Virus record (IMG/VR): IMGVR_UViG_3300030739_000001
Source of the DNA: a virus
Strand: one strand, 5' to 3'
Length of the DNA: 62,875 bases
Below are positions 1 through 9,344 of this stretch, one piece after another. The translations under genes were made by a program, and so were the position numbers. Within the stretch, counting starts at the first letter, position 1, and each line of letters opens with the position of its first letter. The notes beneath the pieces were generated by a model. The model was given only the letters and a program-made list of their open reading frames with translations. It made no database searches and had not been told where the DNA came from.

Positions 1-127
1 ACGGTGAGCGTGCCGCTGAAGGTGGCGTTGCCGTTGATCGTGAGCGCGCCCGCCGTCGTCACCGACATGGCGGTGGACGACATTGAGCCGTCTGCGTTGA
101 ACTCCCAGTAGCCTCCCGTGTTGACGT
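1..127. repeat. Terminal direct repeat, left copy; identical to 62749-62875
   Basis: Read directly: acggtgagcgtgccgctgaagg...cctcccgtgttgacgt occurs at both ends. The length of 127 matches a common assembler k-mer. The repeat lies inside a coding frame. Confidence 0.9.
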
Positions 128-3100
128 TGCCGAGAAGCAGCCCCTGCGGCCCGAGATAGAAGCCGCCGCCCGTCGTCGGCCACGACCACCCCGTGAAGTT
201 GCCGCCTCGGATGTCCGCCCCGAAGATGTCGCCCGCCGTGATCGTGCCCAGGTTCGCGCTGATCGCGCTGAGCGAGCCGACCTTGAGCGCCGAGATGTAC
301 GGCAACCCCCACACGGTGTTGCCCGTCGTCGGACTGTAGATGCCGTTGGTCTGGTAGACCGTCTGCCCGGCCGCATAGCCCGGCACGGTGGTGCTCCACG
401 TCTCGCCCATGCCCCAGGTGTTCGCCGCGGGCAGGCTGTTGCCGCTCACGGTATCGGGGTTCGGCGAGCCGGCCGGCGTGCTGGACGATCCCACCACGGT
501 GTAGGCGATGACCGACTGCGCGCCGGTCGCGCCCGCTGCACCTGCTGGCGAGAATGCGAACGCCGCGCTCGAGCCGATCTCAAAGAAGCTGGAGTTCAAG
601 TAGAACGTCTGCCCGGCCGTCGTGCTGCCCGACGCCACGCTGGTGTAGAACACGACACCGTTCTTCGTGTAGCGCACGTGCGTGTTGTCGTAGACCACGC
701 TGAGCACGTCACCGACGACGTACGAGCCGAAGCTGGCGATCAGCGTGCCGGCTTCATAGACCTGCACCGTTCCCGCGGCAAAGTAGGCCGCGTAGGTGAC
801 AGCGGCGAAGCCGGCGCCCCCCGTGTTGGTGGGACTCAGGCCGCCCATGACGTGGGTCGCGACGCTCGTGGCGGTCATGCTCATGACCGCGCCCCCCGCG
901 TACGCCTGCGTGCTCAGGGCGTTGGTATCCCACGCGGTGCCCGAGCCGCCCGTCTTCGTCGCCGTGCCCCCCGTGATCGACATCACGCCGCCGGTCACGA
1001 GGGTGAAGGCGCCCGCACCGCCAGGGCCTGTTGCTCCCGTCGCGCCTGTTGCACCATTCGCGCCTGCGGCGCCGCGCGCCGTGATGCTGGCGCTCGTCCA
1101 GTTGAACGCGGTGGTGCTGTTGGCTGCCGAGTCGGTGATGGCGACGGCCGCGGCCCACAGGGTGAAGCCCGGGGACGGCGAGGTGCCGGGCGTGACCGTC
1201 CAGCCGCCCGGCGCCGAACCGAATGACGAAGTGAGCCAGGTATAGGTTGCGGAGCCGGCGGGGCCTGTCGGGATCGTGATGGCCCACGCGTAGACCGTGG
1301 CCTGCGCGGACTGCACGCCGGTCGCACCGGTCGCACCGGTCGAACCCGTGGCACCTGCTGCGCCTGTCGGGCCCGCGGCGCCCGTGCTGCCAGTTGCGCC
1401 GACTGCGCCCGCCTTGGACTTGCTGGCGGTGAAGGTCTTCGCGACCGTCGGGAATCCGGCCTTCGTGCACGTGAGCGTCAGCGTGCCCGTGTCGTTGGCT
1501 GGGGCCAGCGCGGTGATGGTGTACGTGGGCTGCGAGCCGCCCGAGGTCAGGCCGGTCGACGTGCTCGGCGTGACGGCCCAGTTAGCAGTGTCGTCCACGC
1601 CGTTGATGAGGATGCTGAGCGTCGTGGTCGCGGCGGCGAAGCTTGTGACGTTGCCCGCCGCGTCAGACGGCAGCGCGATCGTGGAGAGCGTCAGCGAGGC
1701 GTTGACGCCGTTAGCCAGCGCGTTGGGCGCGGCGACGACAGCCGTGTAGCTGGCCGTGGGCACGCCCGAGAAGTTGTAGTGCCGGATCTGGAACTCGTAG
1801 TTGCCGGCGACCGTCGTGCTCCAGGAAAACGTGTTCGCGGCACCCGCGAAAAGCTGCACCATGCCCGTGCCGCCCCACGTGTTGCCCGTCGTGCCGACCG
1901 GGCCGACCTGGATGACCGTCTGTTTGTAGTCGGCGTCGGTGTTCGGCGTCCACGAGAAGACGACCTGGCCGTTGACGATCGGGTATGCGACGCCCGAGAC
2001 GGCGGTGGGCAACGCGGACTGGCCCTGCACCACCACGGAGACGTTGGGCGACCACGCGCTGGCAGTCACGGTGTTGCGCCCGCGCGCCTTCAGCGTGTAG
2101 GTGTGGCCGTCCTGCACCGGAGCGAGGAACACGGCCTGCGAGTCGCCCGAGAGGGTGACCGTGCTCCAGTTGCCGGTGGTGCTGGCCGCGTCGATGTACG
2201 ACACGTCGATGAACCCGGCGTTGATGACACTTTGATCGGTCACCGTGATCGGGACGTAGATCCGGCTGACGATGGTGCCGTCCGCTTGCTTGAGCAGCTG
2301 CGCGGTGCCGGTCAGCGGCGTGCCGAGCACGGGCACGCCGACGTTCCACGGGGACGGCAGCGTCGTCTTGGGTGCGTAGGCCAGCAGCGTGTAGCTGGAG
2401 TCCATCGCCCAAATGCTGGCGCTGATGTACTTCAGCGAGAGCAGCACGAGGCCCTCGGGGGTGAACGACGTGTCGGTGACCTCGAATGTCTGCGCGACGA
2501 AGCCGAAGCGCGGCAGCGTCACCGTCACCACGTCGAACACCTCGAGCGGGAAGGCGCGCAGGTTGCACGCGAGCTTGATGGACATGCCGGCGCGGTTATA
2601 GCGGATCGCGCAGGCGGCGAGGTACTGCGCCCGGCCCGAGTTCGTCACCGCGTTGTAGGTGACATCGAGATCGAGCTCGCGGCCGTCAGCCGTGACCAGC
2701 GCCGCGGCGGTCTGCTTCGGGTAGAGCACCGCGCGGAAGTCGTTCGTCTCGTCGCAGAACGTGCCCTGGGCCGCGTTGAACAGGCTCTGCCGCGGCGGCA
2801 GGGGCGTGACGCTCGAGCTGCTCTCGCCGGTCAGCCACGAGTCGTCGATGGCGGCCACGGGTGCCGAGTACGCGCCCGCCTTGACGCGCAGCATGTTGCC
2901 GTTGATGACCCACCGGCCGCCCATCGCGTTGCACAGGTCGGTCAGCACGTCCTGCGGCTTCATGTCCTTCGTTGCGACATACCCCGCCTGGTACAGCGGC
3001 TGGGCGTAGGTGAAGATGCCGACGTTGAAGTTTTGCGACGGGTCGCAGACGTTGGCCGCCGCCATGAGCGCGGTGTCGTCGCACGTCGTGGCGGGCTGGT

Positions 3101-4316
3101 TCGCGCCGAGCGGGTGCGTCCAGTAGCCGCGCGCGAGGATGGCTGGGTTGGCGGACCACACCGTCTCGGCGATGCGCGGGTCGAACAGCTTCGCGCCGCG
3201 CACGACGGCCGAGACGTTGGGCACGCCCGAGGGGAAGCTGCCCGGGTCGTAGTCGAACTCGCAGATGAGGTAGCAGATGCCCGTGCCGATGTGGTTGGTC
3301 GTCCACATGCCGGGCAGGTTGGCGATCATCGTCGCGTCGGCCGTCTGCCCCGCTGCGCCGAGGTACTGGCGCACGCGCGCGCGGCTGTAGATGACGTTCG
3401 TCTGGTAGGTGACCTGCACCTTGCCGCCCGTCGTCGCGCCGCTCCAGCTCACGGACGTAGCGTAGCCGTCGGAGCCCGTCGCCGCGGTGAACGGCAGCGC
3501 GGTCTGCACGCCGTTGAGGGTGTGCACCACCACGATGCTGGTCGCGTTGACCTGGCCGCCCGAGTACCCGCCGGTCGTTTCGTGCGTGACGTAGTTGACC
3601 GCCGTGGTGGTCGGGATCGGGAAGGTGTAGCTTCCGGTCGAGCCACTCGCCGTGACGCTGTATGTCTGGTCCCAAAGCTGGTTGGGCGTGTACTGGCAGT
3701 AGTTCACCTGGTACGTGACGGTCACGTCGGCCACGCCGGTCGCGCGCGCGCCGCTCAGCGTGAAATGCAGGCCGTCCCCGCTGGTGCCCACGGTTAGCGT
3801 GATGGTCGCGTCGGGATACTGCGCGGTGGCGGTGACCGTGTTGCCGCGGGCCTGCTGCGCGAGGAACACGCTCAGCGTGGTCGAGTTGCTGACCGAGAAG
3901 TGCTCGGTGTTGACGTTGCCGACCACGTTGCCGTTGCCGTCGATGATGACCGGCGTGTCGTTGAAATACACCTTCTCGATCGCGTCGCACTCGTGCGCGG
4001 CCAGCACGACCACGATGGCCAGGGTCGTCTGGTTGTTGCCGTACGACTGCATGAACGCGATGGGGCCCGACACGCGGGTGCGGCCGAGCACGAGCGCGCG
4101 TTGTCCCGACGCGGTGCGCTGCATGACATAGCGGTCGCGCAGCGAGGCGTTGTAGGCGTTGCGGGCGCGGACACCCGACTCGTACGACATATACGCCGAC
4201 GCCGCGATGGCCGCGACTTCGACCGCCGTTGCGTATGCCGCAACGGCTGCGCCGATCGCATACACGTCCTCGATCGCTTCCGCGACGAGGAACTCGGTTA
4301 CTCCACCATCAGGCAT
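1..4316 (-). CDS. Host-specificity / central tail fibre protein (lambda gpJ / GTA ORFg15-like). This is the 5' 4316 nt of a 4800-nt ORF that wraps the circular junction and ends at 62265 (1599 aa).
   Basis: The minus frame with codon ends = 2 mod 3 has no stop from 4316 to base 1, so it is absent from the ORF track. The ATG at 4316-4314 overlaps the upstream stop (ATGCCTGA). Hand translation gives MPDGGVTEFLVAEAIEDVY..RTRVSGPIAFMQSYGNN..AIRYNRAGMSIKLACNLRAFPLEVFDVVTVTLPRFGF..NTWGMGETWS..GYWEFNADGSMSSTAMSVTT, which is in frame with ORF 62265..62831. Confidence 0.85.
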   Translation of the reverse strand, partial: MPDGGVTEFLVAEAIEDVYAIGAAVAAYATAVEVAAIAASAYMSYESGVRARNAYNASLRDRYVMQRTASGQRALVLGRTRVSGPIAFMQSYGNNQTTLAIVVVLAAHECDAIEKVYFNDTPVIIDGNGNVVGNVNTEHFSVSNSTTLSVFLAQQARGNTVTATAQYPDATITLTVGTSGDGLHFTLSGARATGVADVTVTYQVNYCQYTPNQLWDQTYSVTASGSTGSYTFPIPTTTAVNYVTHETTGGYSGGQVNATSIVVVHTLNGVQTALPFTAATGSDGYATSVSWSGATTGGKVQVTYQTNVIYSRARVRQYLGAAGQTADATMIANLPGMWTTNHIGTGICYLICEFDYDPGSFPSGVPNVSAVVRGAKLFDPRIAETVWSANPAILARGYWTHPLGANQPATTCDDTALMAAANVCDPSQNFNVGIFTYAQPLYQAGYVATKDMKPQDVLTDLCNAMGGRWVINGNMLRVKAGAYSAPVAAIDDSWLTGESSSSVTPLPPRQSLFNAAQGTFCDETNDFRAVLYPKQTAAALVTADGRELDLDVTYNAVTNSGRAQYLAACAIRYNRAGMSIKLACNLRAFPLEVFDVVTVTLPRFGFVAQTFEVTDTSFTPEGLVLLSLKYISASIWAMDSSYTLLAYAPKTTLPSPWNVGVPVLGTPLTGTAQLLKQADGTIVSRIYVPITVTDQSVINAGFIDVSYIDAASTTGNWSTVTLSGDSQAVFLAPVQDGHTYTLKARGRNTVTASAWSPNVSVVVQGQSALPTAVSGVAYPIVNGQVVFSWTPNTDADYKQTVIQVGPVGTTGNTWGGTGMVQLFAGAANTFSWSTTVAGNYEFQIRHYNFSGVPTASYTAVVAAPNALANGVNASLTLSTIALPSDAAGNVTSFAAATTTLSILINGVDDTANWAVTPSTSTGLTSGGSQPTYTITALAPANDTGTLTLTCTKAGFPTVAKTFTASKSKAGAVGATGSTGAAGPTGAAGATGSTGATGATGVQSAQATVYAWAITIPTGPAGSATYTWLTSSFGSAPGGWTVTPGTSPSPGFTLWAAAVAITDSAANSTTAFNWTSASITARGAAGANGATGATGATGPGGAGAFTLVTGGVMSITGGTATKTGGSGTAWDTNALSTQAYAGGAVMSMTATSVATHVMGGLSPTNTGGAGFAAVTYAAYFAAGTVQVYEAGTLIASFGSYVVGDVLSVVYDNTHVRYTKNGVVFYTSVASGSTTAGQTFYLNSSFFEIGSSAAFAFSPAGAAGATGAQSVIAYTVVGSSSTPAGSPNPDTVSGNSLPAANTWGMGETWSTTVPGYAAGQTVYQTNGIYSPTTGNTVWGLPYISALKVGSLSAISANLGTITAGDIFGADIRGGNFTGWSWPTTGGGFYLGPQGLLLGNVNTGGYWEFNADGSMSSTAMSVTTAGALTINGNATFSGTLT
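1008..1080 (-). repeat. Collagen-like Gly-X-Y tract B inside the gpJ-like gene
   Basis: Minus-frame translation ..[25 protein letters not shown].. The plus-strand shadow reads PVAPVAP. Confidence 0.7.
1318..1413 (-). repeat. Collagen-like Gly-X-Y tract A inside the gpJ-like gene
   Basis: Minus-frame translation [33 protein letters not shown]. Confidence 0.75.
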
Positions 4317-4716
4317 GACCCGTCCTCCAGCAAGTGATCGCCGCATCGAGCGGAGCGTTGAGCAGGCCCTGCGAGGTGATGACCAGCCACGACGGGCCGG
4401 CGCAGAGCGCGAGCACCGGCTTGCGGTTGCTGCGCACGAGGCCGATGTCGCCGAAGCGCGCCGTCAGCGGCGGCGCGGCCGGCCCGACCATGGCGCCGAT
4501 GCCGCGCAGGCCGCCGAGGCGGCGCACGATGCGGGCCGCGCCCGCCGCGTCGGAGTAGGTGCCGCGCACGTCCGCGCCGAGATCCACCCCGGTCTGAGCC
4601 TCCACGCAGGCCGAGGCCCACATGCAGCAGTCCAGCTTTCCCCACTCGAACGTGAGCTTGCGCACCTCGGTGATGAGATGGGTCAGGCGGTCTTCCCAAT
4701 CGGCGAGCTTCGGCAT
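4309..4716 (-). CDS. Tail-tip protein at the gpK / GTA g14 position, with an NlpC/P60-like DCC motif
   Basis: Track ORF 4309..4746 starts at a TTG. The first ATG is at 4716 (MPKLADWEDRLTHL..KLDCCMWASACVEAQTG). Its stop overlaps the gpJ-like start. Confidence 0.6.
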   Translation of the reverse strand: MPKLADWEDRLTHLITEVRKLTFEWGKLDCCMWASACVEAQTGVDLGADVRGTYSDAAGAARIVRRLGGLRGIGAMVGPAAPPLTARFGDIGLVRSNRKPVLALCAGPSWLVITSQGLLNAPLDAAITCWRTGHA

Positions 4717-4724
4717 AGCGTGCG

Positions 4725-4754
4725 AGTGTACGTTGCTGACATGCAACGAAGCAA
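4725..4754 (-). promoter_or_regulatory. TTCGTT-box promoter-like element (TTGCTT-N18-TACACT) just after the HNH stop; near-leaderless for the 4716 ATG
   Basis: The minus strand reads tagTTGCTTCGTTGCATGTCAGCAACGTACACT. Fourteen nt are identical to the copy at 61650-61663. Confidence 0.45.
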
Positions 4755-5348
4755 CTAAGGCATGTCGGGCCAGTGACGGTTTCCTTTGCTGCGATTCGTC
4801 AGGCGCGGCACCACCTTCAAGTTCGCCGGAACGTGCAGGCCGCAGACGAGCGGGCTATCCAGCGGAACGGTGTGGTCGACCTCGTGCGGCTGCCCGGTCA
4901 GTTCGGTGCGCAACGCGGCGGACAGGTACTCCCGTTCGATCGCCTCGAGGTCGGCCCACGGCGGCGTGGCCCTGAACATGATGGCGCGGCGCTTGGCGGC
5001 GTAGTGGGCGCCTAGATGCCGGTGCGCGGCAGCCCACGCGCGCTTTTGGGCGAGACGGGCCTCGCGGTTCCGGTAGTGCATTTCCCGGTTTCGCGCAAGG
5101 ATTTCTTCACGTTTGAGTTCGTAGCGTGCGCGCGTCGCGCGGGCTTTGTTCGCCCTCGTTTCGGGCTTCGCGTTCTTCCGCCACGCTTCGCGCTTTTCCG
5201 GGTTGGCTGCCTGGTACTCGCGCTGGTACTCGCGCACCCTCTCCGCGTTGGCTTTCTGGTAGGCGCAAGCCCGCGCCACGATCTGTTCGCGATTTGCGAG
5301 GTAGTACGCTCGACTTTTGGCTTTCTTTTCTTCCGGGGTCGATGGCAT
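4755..5348 (-). CDS. HNH homing-type endonuclease (paralog A1) inserted between tail-tip genes
   Basis: 197 aa. The N-terminus has basic R/Y/N/E repeats. The C-terminus reads HEVDHTVPLDSPLVCGLHVPANLKVVPRLTNRSKGNRHWPDMP. Confidence 0.8.
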   Translation of the reverse strand: MPSTPEEKKAKSRAYYLANREQIVARACAYQKANAERVREYQREYQAANPEKREAWRKNAKPETRANKARATRARYELKREEILARNREMHYRNREARLAQKRAWAAAHRHLGAHYAAKRRAIMFRATPPWADLEAIEREYLSAALRTELTGQPHEVDHTVPLDSPLVCGLHVPANLKVVPRLTNRSKGNRHWPDMP

Positions 5349-5378
5349 TCGGGGGTTCCTTGGAGAGAGAATTCCCGA

Positions 5379-5407
5379 TCCTATCGACTTCGTGGCAACG
5401 AAGCAAA
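5379..5407 (-). promoter_or_regulatory. TTCGTT-box promoter-like element (TTTGCT-N17-ATAGGA) upstream of HNH A1
   Basis: The minus strand reads tttgCTTCGTTGCCACGAAGtcgATAGGA. It aligns with the copies at 58901-58929 and 61636-61664. Confidence 0.5.
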
Positions 5408-5423
5408 TAAACAGTTAAGCGGC

Positions 5424-5990
5424 TTATTTCCGAAAGTAGGCTGCACTTGGCCAGACAATTTGCTGGTCGAACTGCTGGCTCGTGTACTGGAAGAACAGAT
5501 CTCCCGGATGCAGCGCCTGCTGGTCGGCGTCGGCGTAGTAGAGCGGCGCCGGCCGGTTCAGGTCGATGCCTACGTGCTCTGCGGTCACCGTGATGGTCGA
5601 ATTGTTCGGCGTGTCGTCCACGGTTAGCGTGTCGAGCTGGCCGGCCCAAATCGGCACCACGTCTGTGACGGCGTAGGTCGTCGGGTCGAGGAGGGCCAGG
5701 CTGATCGTCACCGGGGTACCCTGCACCGTGCCCGAGAGCACCAGCGCCAGGTTGGAGGTGGGCACGCCGGACAGCTCGAACTGCAGCTGCTTGATCTCGG
5801 CGGCCGTCGTCTCCACCGCGCTGATCTTGCCGAGGCCGGCGACCCCCGAGTAGGTGACGCCGCCGGCTACGAGGGCGATGTTCGAGGTGCACAGGTTCAG
5901 CGGCGTGGCGAACGCCATGCTCACGAGCACCGCCATCGGCACCATGCCGCCCGCGATGTTCGTTTGGCCGGCAGTGGAAAGCGTTTTCAT
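5424..5990 (-). CDS. Minor tail protein at the gpL / GTA g13 position (DUF2163-like)
   Basis: The true start is MKTLSTAGQTNIAGG at 5990, in a TAATG overlap with the upstream stop. The track ORF 5424..6578 carries an Arg-rich false N-terminal extension. Confidence 0.65.
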   Translation of the reverse strand: MKTLSTAGQTNIAGGMVPMAVLVSMAFATPLNLCTSNIALVAGGVTYSGVAGLGKISAVETTAAEIKQLQFELSGVPTSNLALVLSGTVQGTPVTISLALLDPTTYAVTDVVPIWAGQLDTLTVDDTPNNSTITVTAEHVGIDLNRPAPLYYADADQQALHPGDLFFQYTSQQFDQQIVWPSAAYFRK

Positions 5991-6592
5991 TAGAAGGACT
6001 CCCGCAGGCTGATGGACGGCGCCGTGTACTCGCCGCCAGGGAGCCACGTCAACGCAGGGTTCGCGCTCGTCAGAAGGAACGGCGCGGTGGGCGTCGTGAC
6101 CGTGACGACTGTGCCGGCCGCGATGCCGCCGGCCGCGCGCACGCGGGGCGCCACCTCGACGCTGATGTGGCCGCTGCCGTCTGCCACCCCCGAGGTCAGC
6201 GCGCGGAACAGCTGCGCGCCGCACCCGAGCATGTCGCCCACGGCGATGGTGGCGCCGACGGTGGTGGTGATCGCCAGGGTGTTGGTGAGCTGCGCCGCAA
6301 GGGTCGTGAGGACGGGCGCGCCGCTCATCGTCCCGGCGTTCTTCGTCACGCGCAGGTTGGACAGGATGATGCGATTCGCCGCGCCCTTGAGCCGGTCGAA
6401 GAACGCCTCGATCGCGCTGCCCGCCACGACGCCGCGGCCCGGCGTGAAATCCATCTCCGCCACCCAGCAGTCCCCCATCATGTCGATGGCTTGGGTCTGG
6501 TTGCTGTACGGGGACGAGAACGTCTTGCCGAGCGGCTGCACGCGCATCACGAAGCGCGAGATGGGGAAGTTGGGCCAAGAGTAGTCAGCCAT
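5990..6592 (-). CDS. Minor / distal tail protein at the gpM / GTA g12 position
   Basis: 200 aa, MADYSWPNFPISRFVMRVQPLGKTF.., immediately after the tape measure gene. Confidence 0.6.
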   Translation of the reverse strand: MADYSWPNFPISRFVMRVQPLGKTFSSPYSNQTQAIDMMGDCWVAEMDFTPGRGVVAGSAIEAFFDRLKGAANRIILSNLRVTKNAGTMSGAPVLTTLAAQLTNTLAITTTVGATIAVGDMLGCGAQLFRALTSGVADGSGHISVEVAPRVRAAGGIAAGTVVTVTTPTAPFLLTSANPALTWLPGGEYTAPSISLRESF

Positions 6593-6595
6593 GAT

Positions 6596-9337
6596 TTAGC
6601 CTCGCAGTTTTCCGGTGCTGGACAGGCGCTGCACTTGCGTGAGCGTCTGCCTGTTCGATTCCGCAAGGGCCTGCGCGACTTCAGCGCGCGAAACGCCCTG
6701 CCCCACGTTGATAATTTGCCCTTGGCCGATATGAAAAGTGTCGCCGCCCCCGCCGCCGAGAGCGTCGTTCGGCGTGATGCTGCCGCTGCCGGAAGCGTGG
6801 AACAGCTCCGGGCCGCGCTCACCCACGAGGTACGTGCCGCCCGAGTTGATGTTGCCGCCGGTCGCGCGCGCACCGGAGATCGCGGACGCGAACAGGTTGA
6901 CGCTGCCGGCGTCGGCCTCGGGCGACGCGCTGCCGCCGCTGCCGCCGCTGCCCAGCAGGCCCAGCAGGCCGCCCCACAGGCCGCTCGTGGGGCCCGCCAT
7001 CTTGGCGACCAGCATGCGCGTCTCGGCCGAGAGGAACTCGTCGGCCATGGTCTTCCACAGGTCTTTGAAGGAAATCTTGCCCTTCTCGCGCAGCCGGTCG
7101 ATGGCGTTGGAGATGGTGTCCAGCGAGCTCGTGGTCAGCTTGGCCGCGATTGCGCCTTGATTGCTGGCGTCCTCGGCCCACTTCGTGCCTGCGTTGCCCG
7201 CGCCAGTCTGCGCGCTGCGGGAGTCTGCATACTGCGCGCGGCGCGCCTCGGTGGCTCCCTTGATGGCATCCTGCATGCGGATCCAGATTGCCGTCTCCAT
7301 CTCGGGATACTTGAGCAGCTCCTCCTCCGCGGCCTTCTGGATCTTCGCGGCGTCTGCGGCCTGGAGGCGTTGCAGCGTGCTCTCGTGCAGCGCGTCGTTC
7401 TCGCGGTTGATCGCGTCCACCTCAGCCTTGACGCTCTCGTTGCGCTTCGCCGCGTCGGTGGAGTAGGACCTGTACCGAGCGTTGTCGTAGTTCTCGCCGG
7501 CCTGGGCGGCCTTGATCGCGGCCTGTTCCTTCAAGGCCGCCGTCGTCTGCTTGCTGAGCGAGAGCTGCGAAGCCTCGAGCGCCTGGTCGATGTAGGCATC
7601 CCGCGCGCTCTTTTCCCGCGCCTTGGACAGCTCGACGTAGGCCGCGACCTCCGCGGTGACATCCTTGAGCCGCAGGGCCGCCTTATTCGCGGTGTCGGCC
7701 GCGTCGTCCGCCGTGGCGGCTGCCGTGAGCGTGGCGCCCTGCTTCGTGTTGCCCTGCCCGTACAGCTTGTCGGCCGGATCAGCGAAGCGCGCCTGCAGCA
7801 CCGCGACGCGCTCGGTGACAGCGTGGGTGTTCGTCGTGTAGCTCAGCGTGAGCGCGTCGAGCTTGGTCTTCTCGTCGGTGAGCTGCTTGAGGGTCGAGTC
7901 GTAGGCGCTGATCTCCTTGTTGCCCGAGCGGTCGCCGTGCAGCTTCTCGACGCCCTTGACCGCGGCGCCGTAGTCGGCATCCGAGACGGTGCCGCCGTTG
8001 CCGATCACCTTGTCGCGCGCGGCGGCGAGCTTCTCGAGATCTTCGCGCAGCGTCGATGCAGCCTTGCCCCGCTCCTTCATCTGGTTGATGAAATCGACCG
8101 ACGCCGTGGCCTCCTTGCGGGCCTGCTCCTCCTTGGACTGGCCCATCGCCTTCGCGTTTTTGTCGCCCTCGGCCGCGGCCAGCGCGTCGCGCATCGCCGT
8201 CAGCTGCTTGAGCTGCGCCTTGAGCGCGGGCTCCTCGTAGGCCATGGCCACGGGGTTGCCTTGGCCGCGCGCAATGGCTGCCTTGCCGTCGGCGATGCGC
8301 TTGAACAGGCCGTTGATCTTGGCGTCCAAGTCGTCCAGCTTCTGGCCGTCGCCCGGATCAAGGAACCGCTGCACCGCGGCGGCGGCATTGCCGAACATCG
8401 CCGTGAGCGATCCCAGGTACGTGGTCGTCGCCGGCAGCCGCTTGTTCATCGCGTCGAGGTAGATCGCGAGCGCGCCCTGCACATCGCCCATCTTCTGCGA
8501 GGCCACGATCGCCTGGTACTGCGCGGCGCTGACGGCGCCCCATGCGTTCTCGTGCTCCTTGGCGAACGACGCCACGTCCTTGCCGGCGCGCGACATCTCC
8601 TGCGCCACCTCGCCCACGCTTTTGCCGGACAGCTCGGCCACCTTGACGGCGAGCAGACCCATCTTCTCGATGCTCGCCGCGCCGACCGTGCCGCTGCTCG
8701 CGAGCTCCATCAGCGCGTCGTGCGCCTTCCCGATGCTGGTCGCCCCCGACTTGCTGATCGACTCGGACATGCGGTCGAAGCTGCCCACGGTCATACCTGC
8801 GGCGTTGCCGGTCAGCGTCACGGCATGCGCCAGCTTGGTCATCTCCATCTCGCGCGCCACAACGGCCGCGCCGAGGGCGGCCACGGCTCCGATGGCAATG
8901 CCGATCGGGCCGGCGAGCGCGCTCAGCACGGACGCCGCCGTCTTCGAGTGCTCGGCGAGCACCACGAACGAGCCGCCCATGCGCTTGAAGTTGCCAGAGA
9001 TACCCTCGTGGAACATGACCATCAGCTCGCGCGTGGTGGCCGCGTTGGCCGAGCCGAACGCCTTCGTGGCCTTGGCCGCACTGTCCATCGCGCGCTCGGC
9101 CTCGGCGGCGGCCTTGGGCAGTGCGCCGGCCGCCTGCATGGCGATCTTGTTCTGCTCCTCGATGGCCTTCGTCTGCCGGTTGATTGCGGCCACCTGGCGC
9201 GCGCGGCTGGCGGCGTCCAGCTCGGTGGCCCGCACCATGCGCTGCGCGGTGGCTTCCGAGGTCTTGCCCAGGGCCTGGATGCTGCCGTCGGCACTGGACG
9301 TGTCGGCGGTGAATTTGATGTCGACTGACTCTGCCAT
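6596..9337 (-). CDS. Tail tape measure protein
   Basis: 913 aa. It is Ala/Lys/Glu-rich and helical, has a Gly-rich C-terminus, lies between the chaperones and the tail-tip genes, and has a GAGG RBS. Confidence 0.85.
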   Translation of the reverse strand: MAESVDIKFTADTSSADGSIQALGKTSEATAQRMVRATELDAASRARQVAAINRQTKAIEEQNKIAMQAAGALPKAAAEAERAMDSAAKATKAFGSANAATTRELMVMFHEGISGNFKRMGGSFVVLAEHSKTAASVLSALAGPIGIAIGAVAALGAAVVAREMEMTKLAHAVTLTGNAAGMTVGSFDRMSESISKSGATSIGKAHDALMELASSGTVGAASIEKMGLLAVKVAELSGKSVGEVAQEMSRAGKDVASFAKEHENAWGAVSAAQYQAIVASQKMGDVQGALAIYLDAMNKRLPATTTYLGSLTAMFGNAAAAVQRFLDPGDGQKLDDLDAKINGLFKRIADGKAAIARGQGNPVAMAYEEPALKAQLKQLTAMRDALAAAEGDKNAKAMGQSKEEQARKEATASVDFINQMKERGKAASTLREDLEKLAAARDKVIGNGGTVSDADYGAAVKGVEKLHGDRSGNKEISAYDSTLKQLTDEKTKLDALTLSYTTNTHAVTERVAVLQARFADPADKLYGQGNTKQGATLTAAATADDAADTANKAALRLKDVTAEVAAYVELSKAREKSARDAYIDQALEASQLSLSKQTTAALKEQAAIKAAQAGENYDNARYRSYSTDAAKRNESVKAEVDAINRENDALHESTLQRLQAADAAKIQKAAEEELLKYPEMETAIWIRMQDAIKGATEARRAQYADSRSAQTGAGNAGTKWAEDASNQGAIAAKLTTSSLDTISNAIDRLREKGKISFKDLWKTMADEFLSAETRMLVAKMAGPTSGLWGGLLGLLGSGGSGGSASPEADAGSVNLFASAISGARATGGNINSGGTYLVGERGPELFHASGSGSITPNDALGGGGGDTFHIGQGQIINVGQGVSRAEVAQALAESNRQTLTQVQRLSSTGKLRG

Positions 9338-9344
9338 GATTGCC

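Noticed and set aside
1-127. A biological direct terminal repeat, or a duplicated fibre-gene segment.
   Set aside because: The length is exactly 127 bp, it sits at both contig ends only, and it lies mid-gene with frame continuity. An assembler k-mer overlap of a circle is the simpler explanation.
1779-3797. 672-aa plus-strand ORF. Similar very long ORFs are 6167..9328+, 16110..17975+, 24307..27003+, 37504..39450+, 47222..50206-, 41365..42642- and 45161..46546-.
   Set aside because: These ORFs are extremely rich in Arg, Gly, Ala, His and Asp. Each lies antisense or out of frame to a gene with a recognisable protein signature. They are typical GC-driven shadow ORFs in 65% GC DNA.
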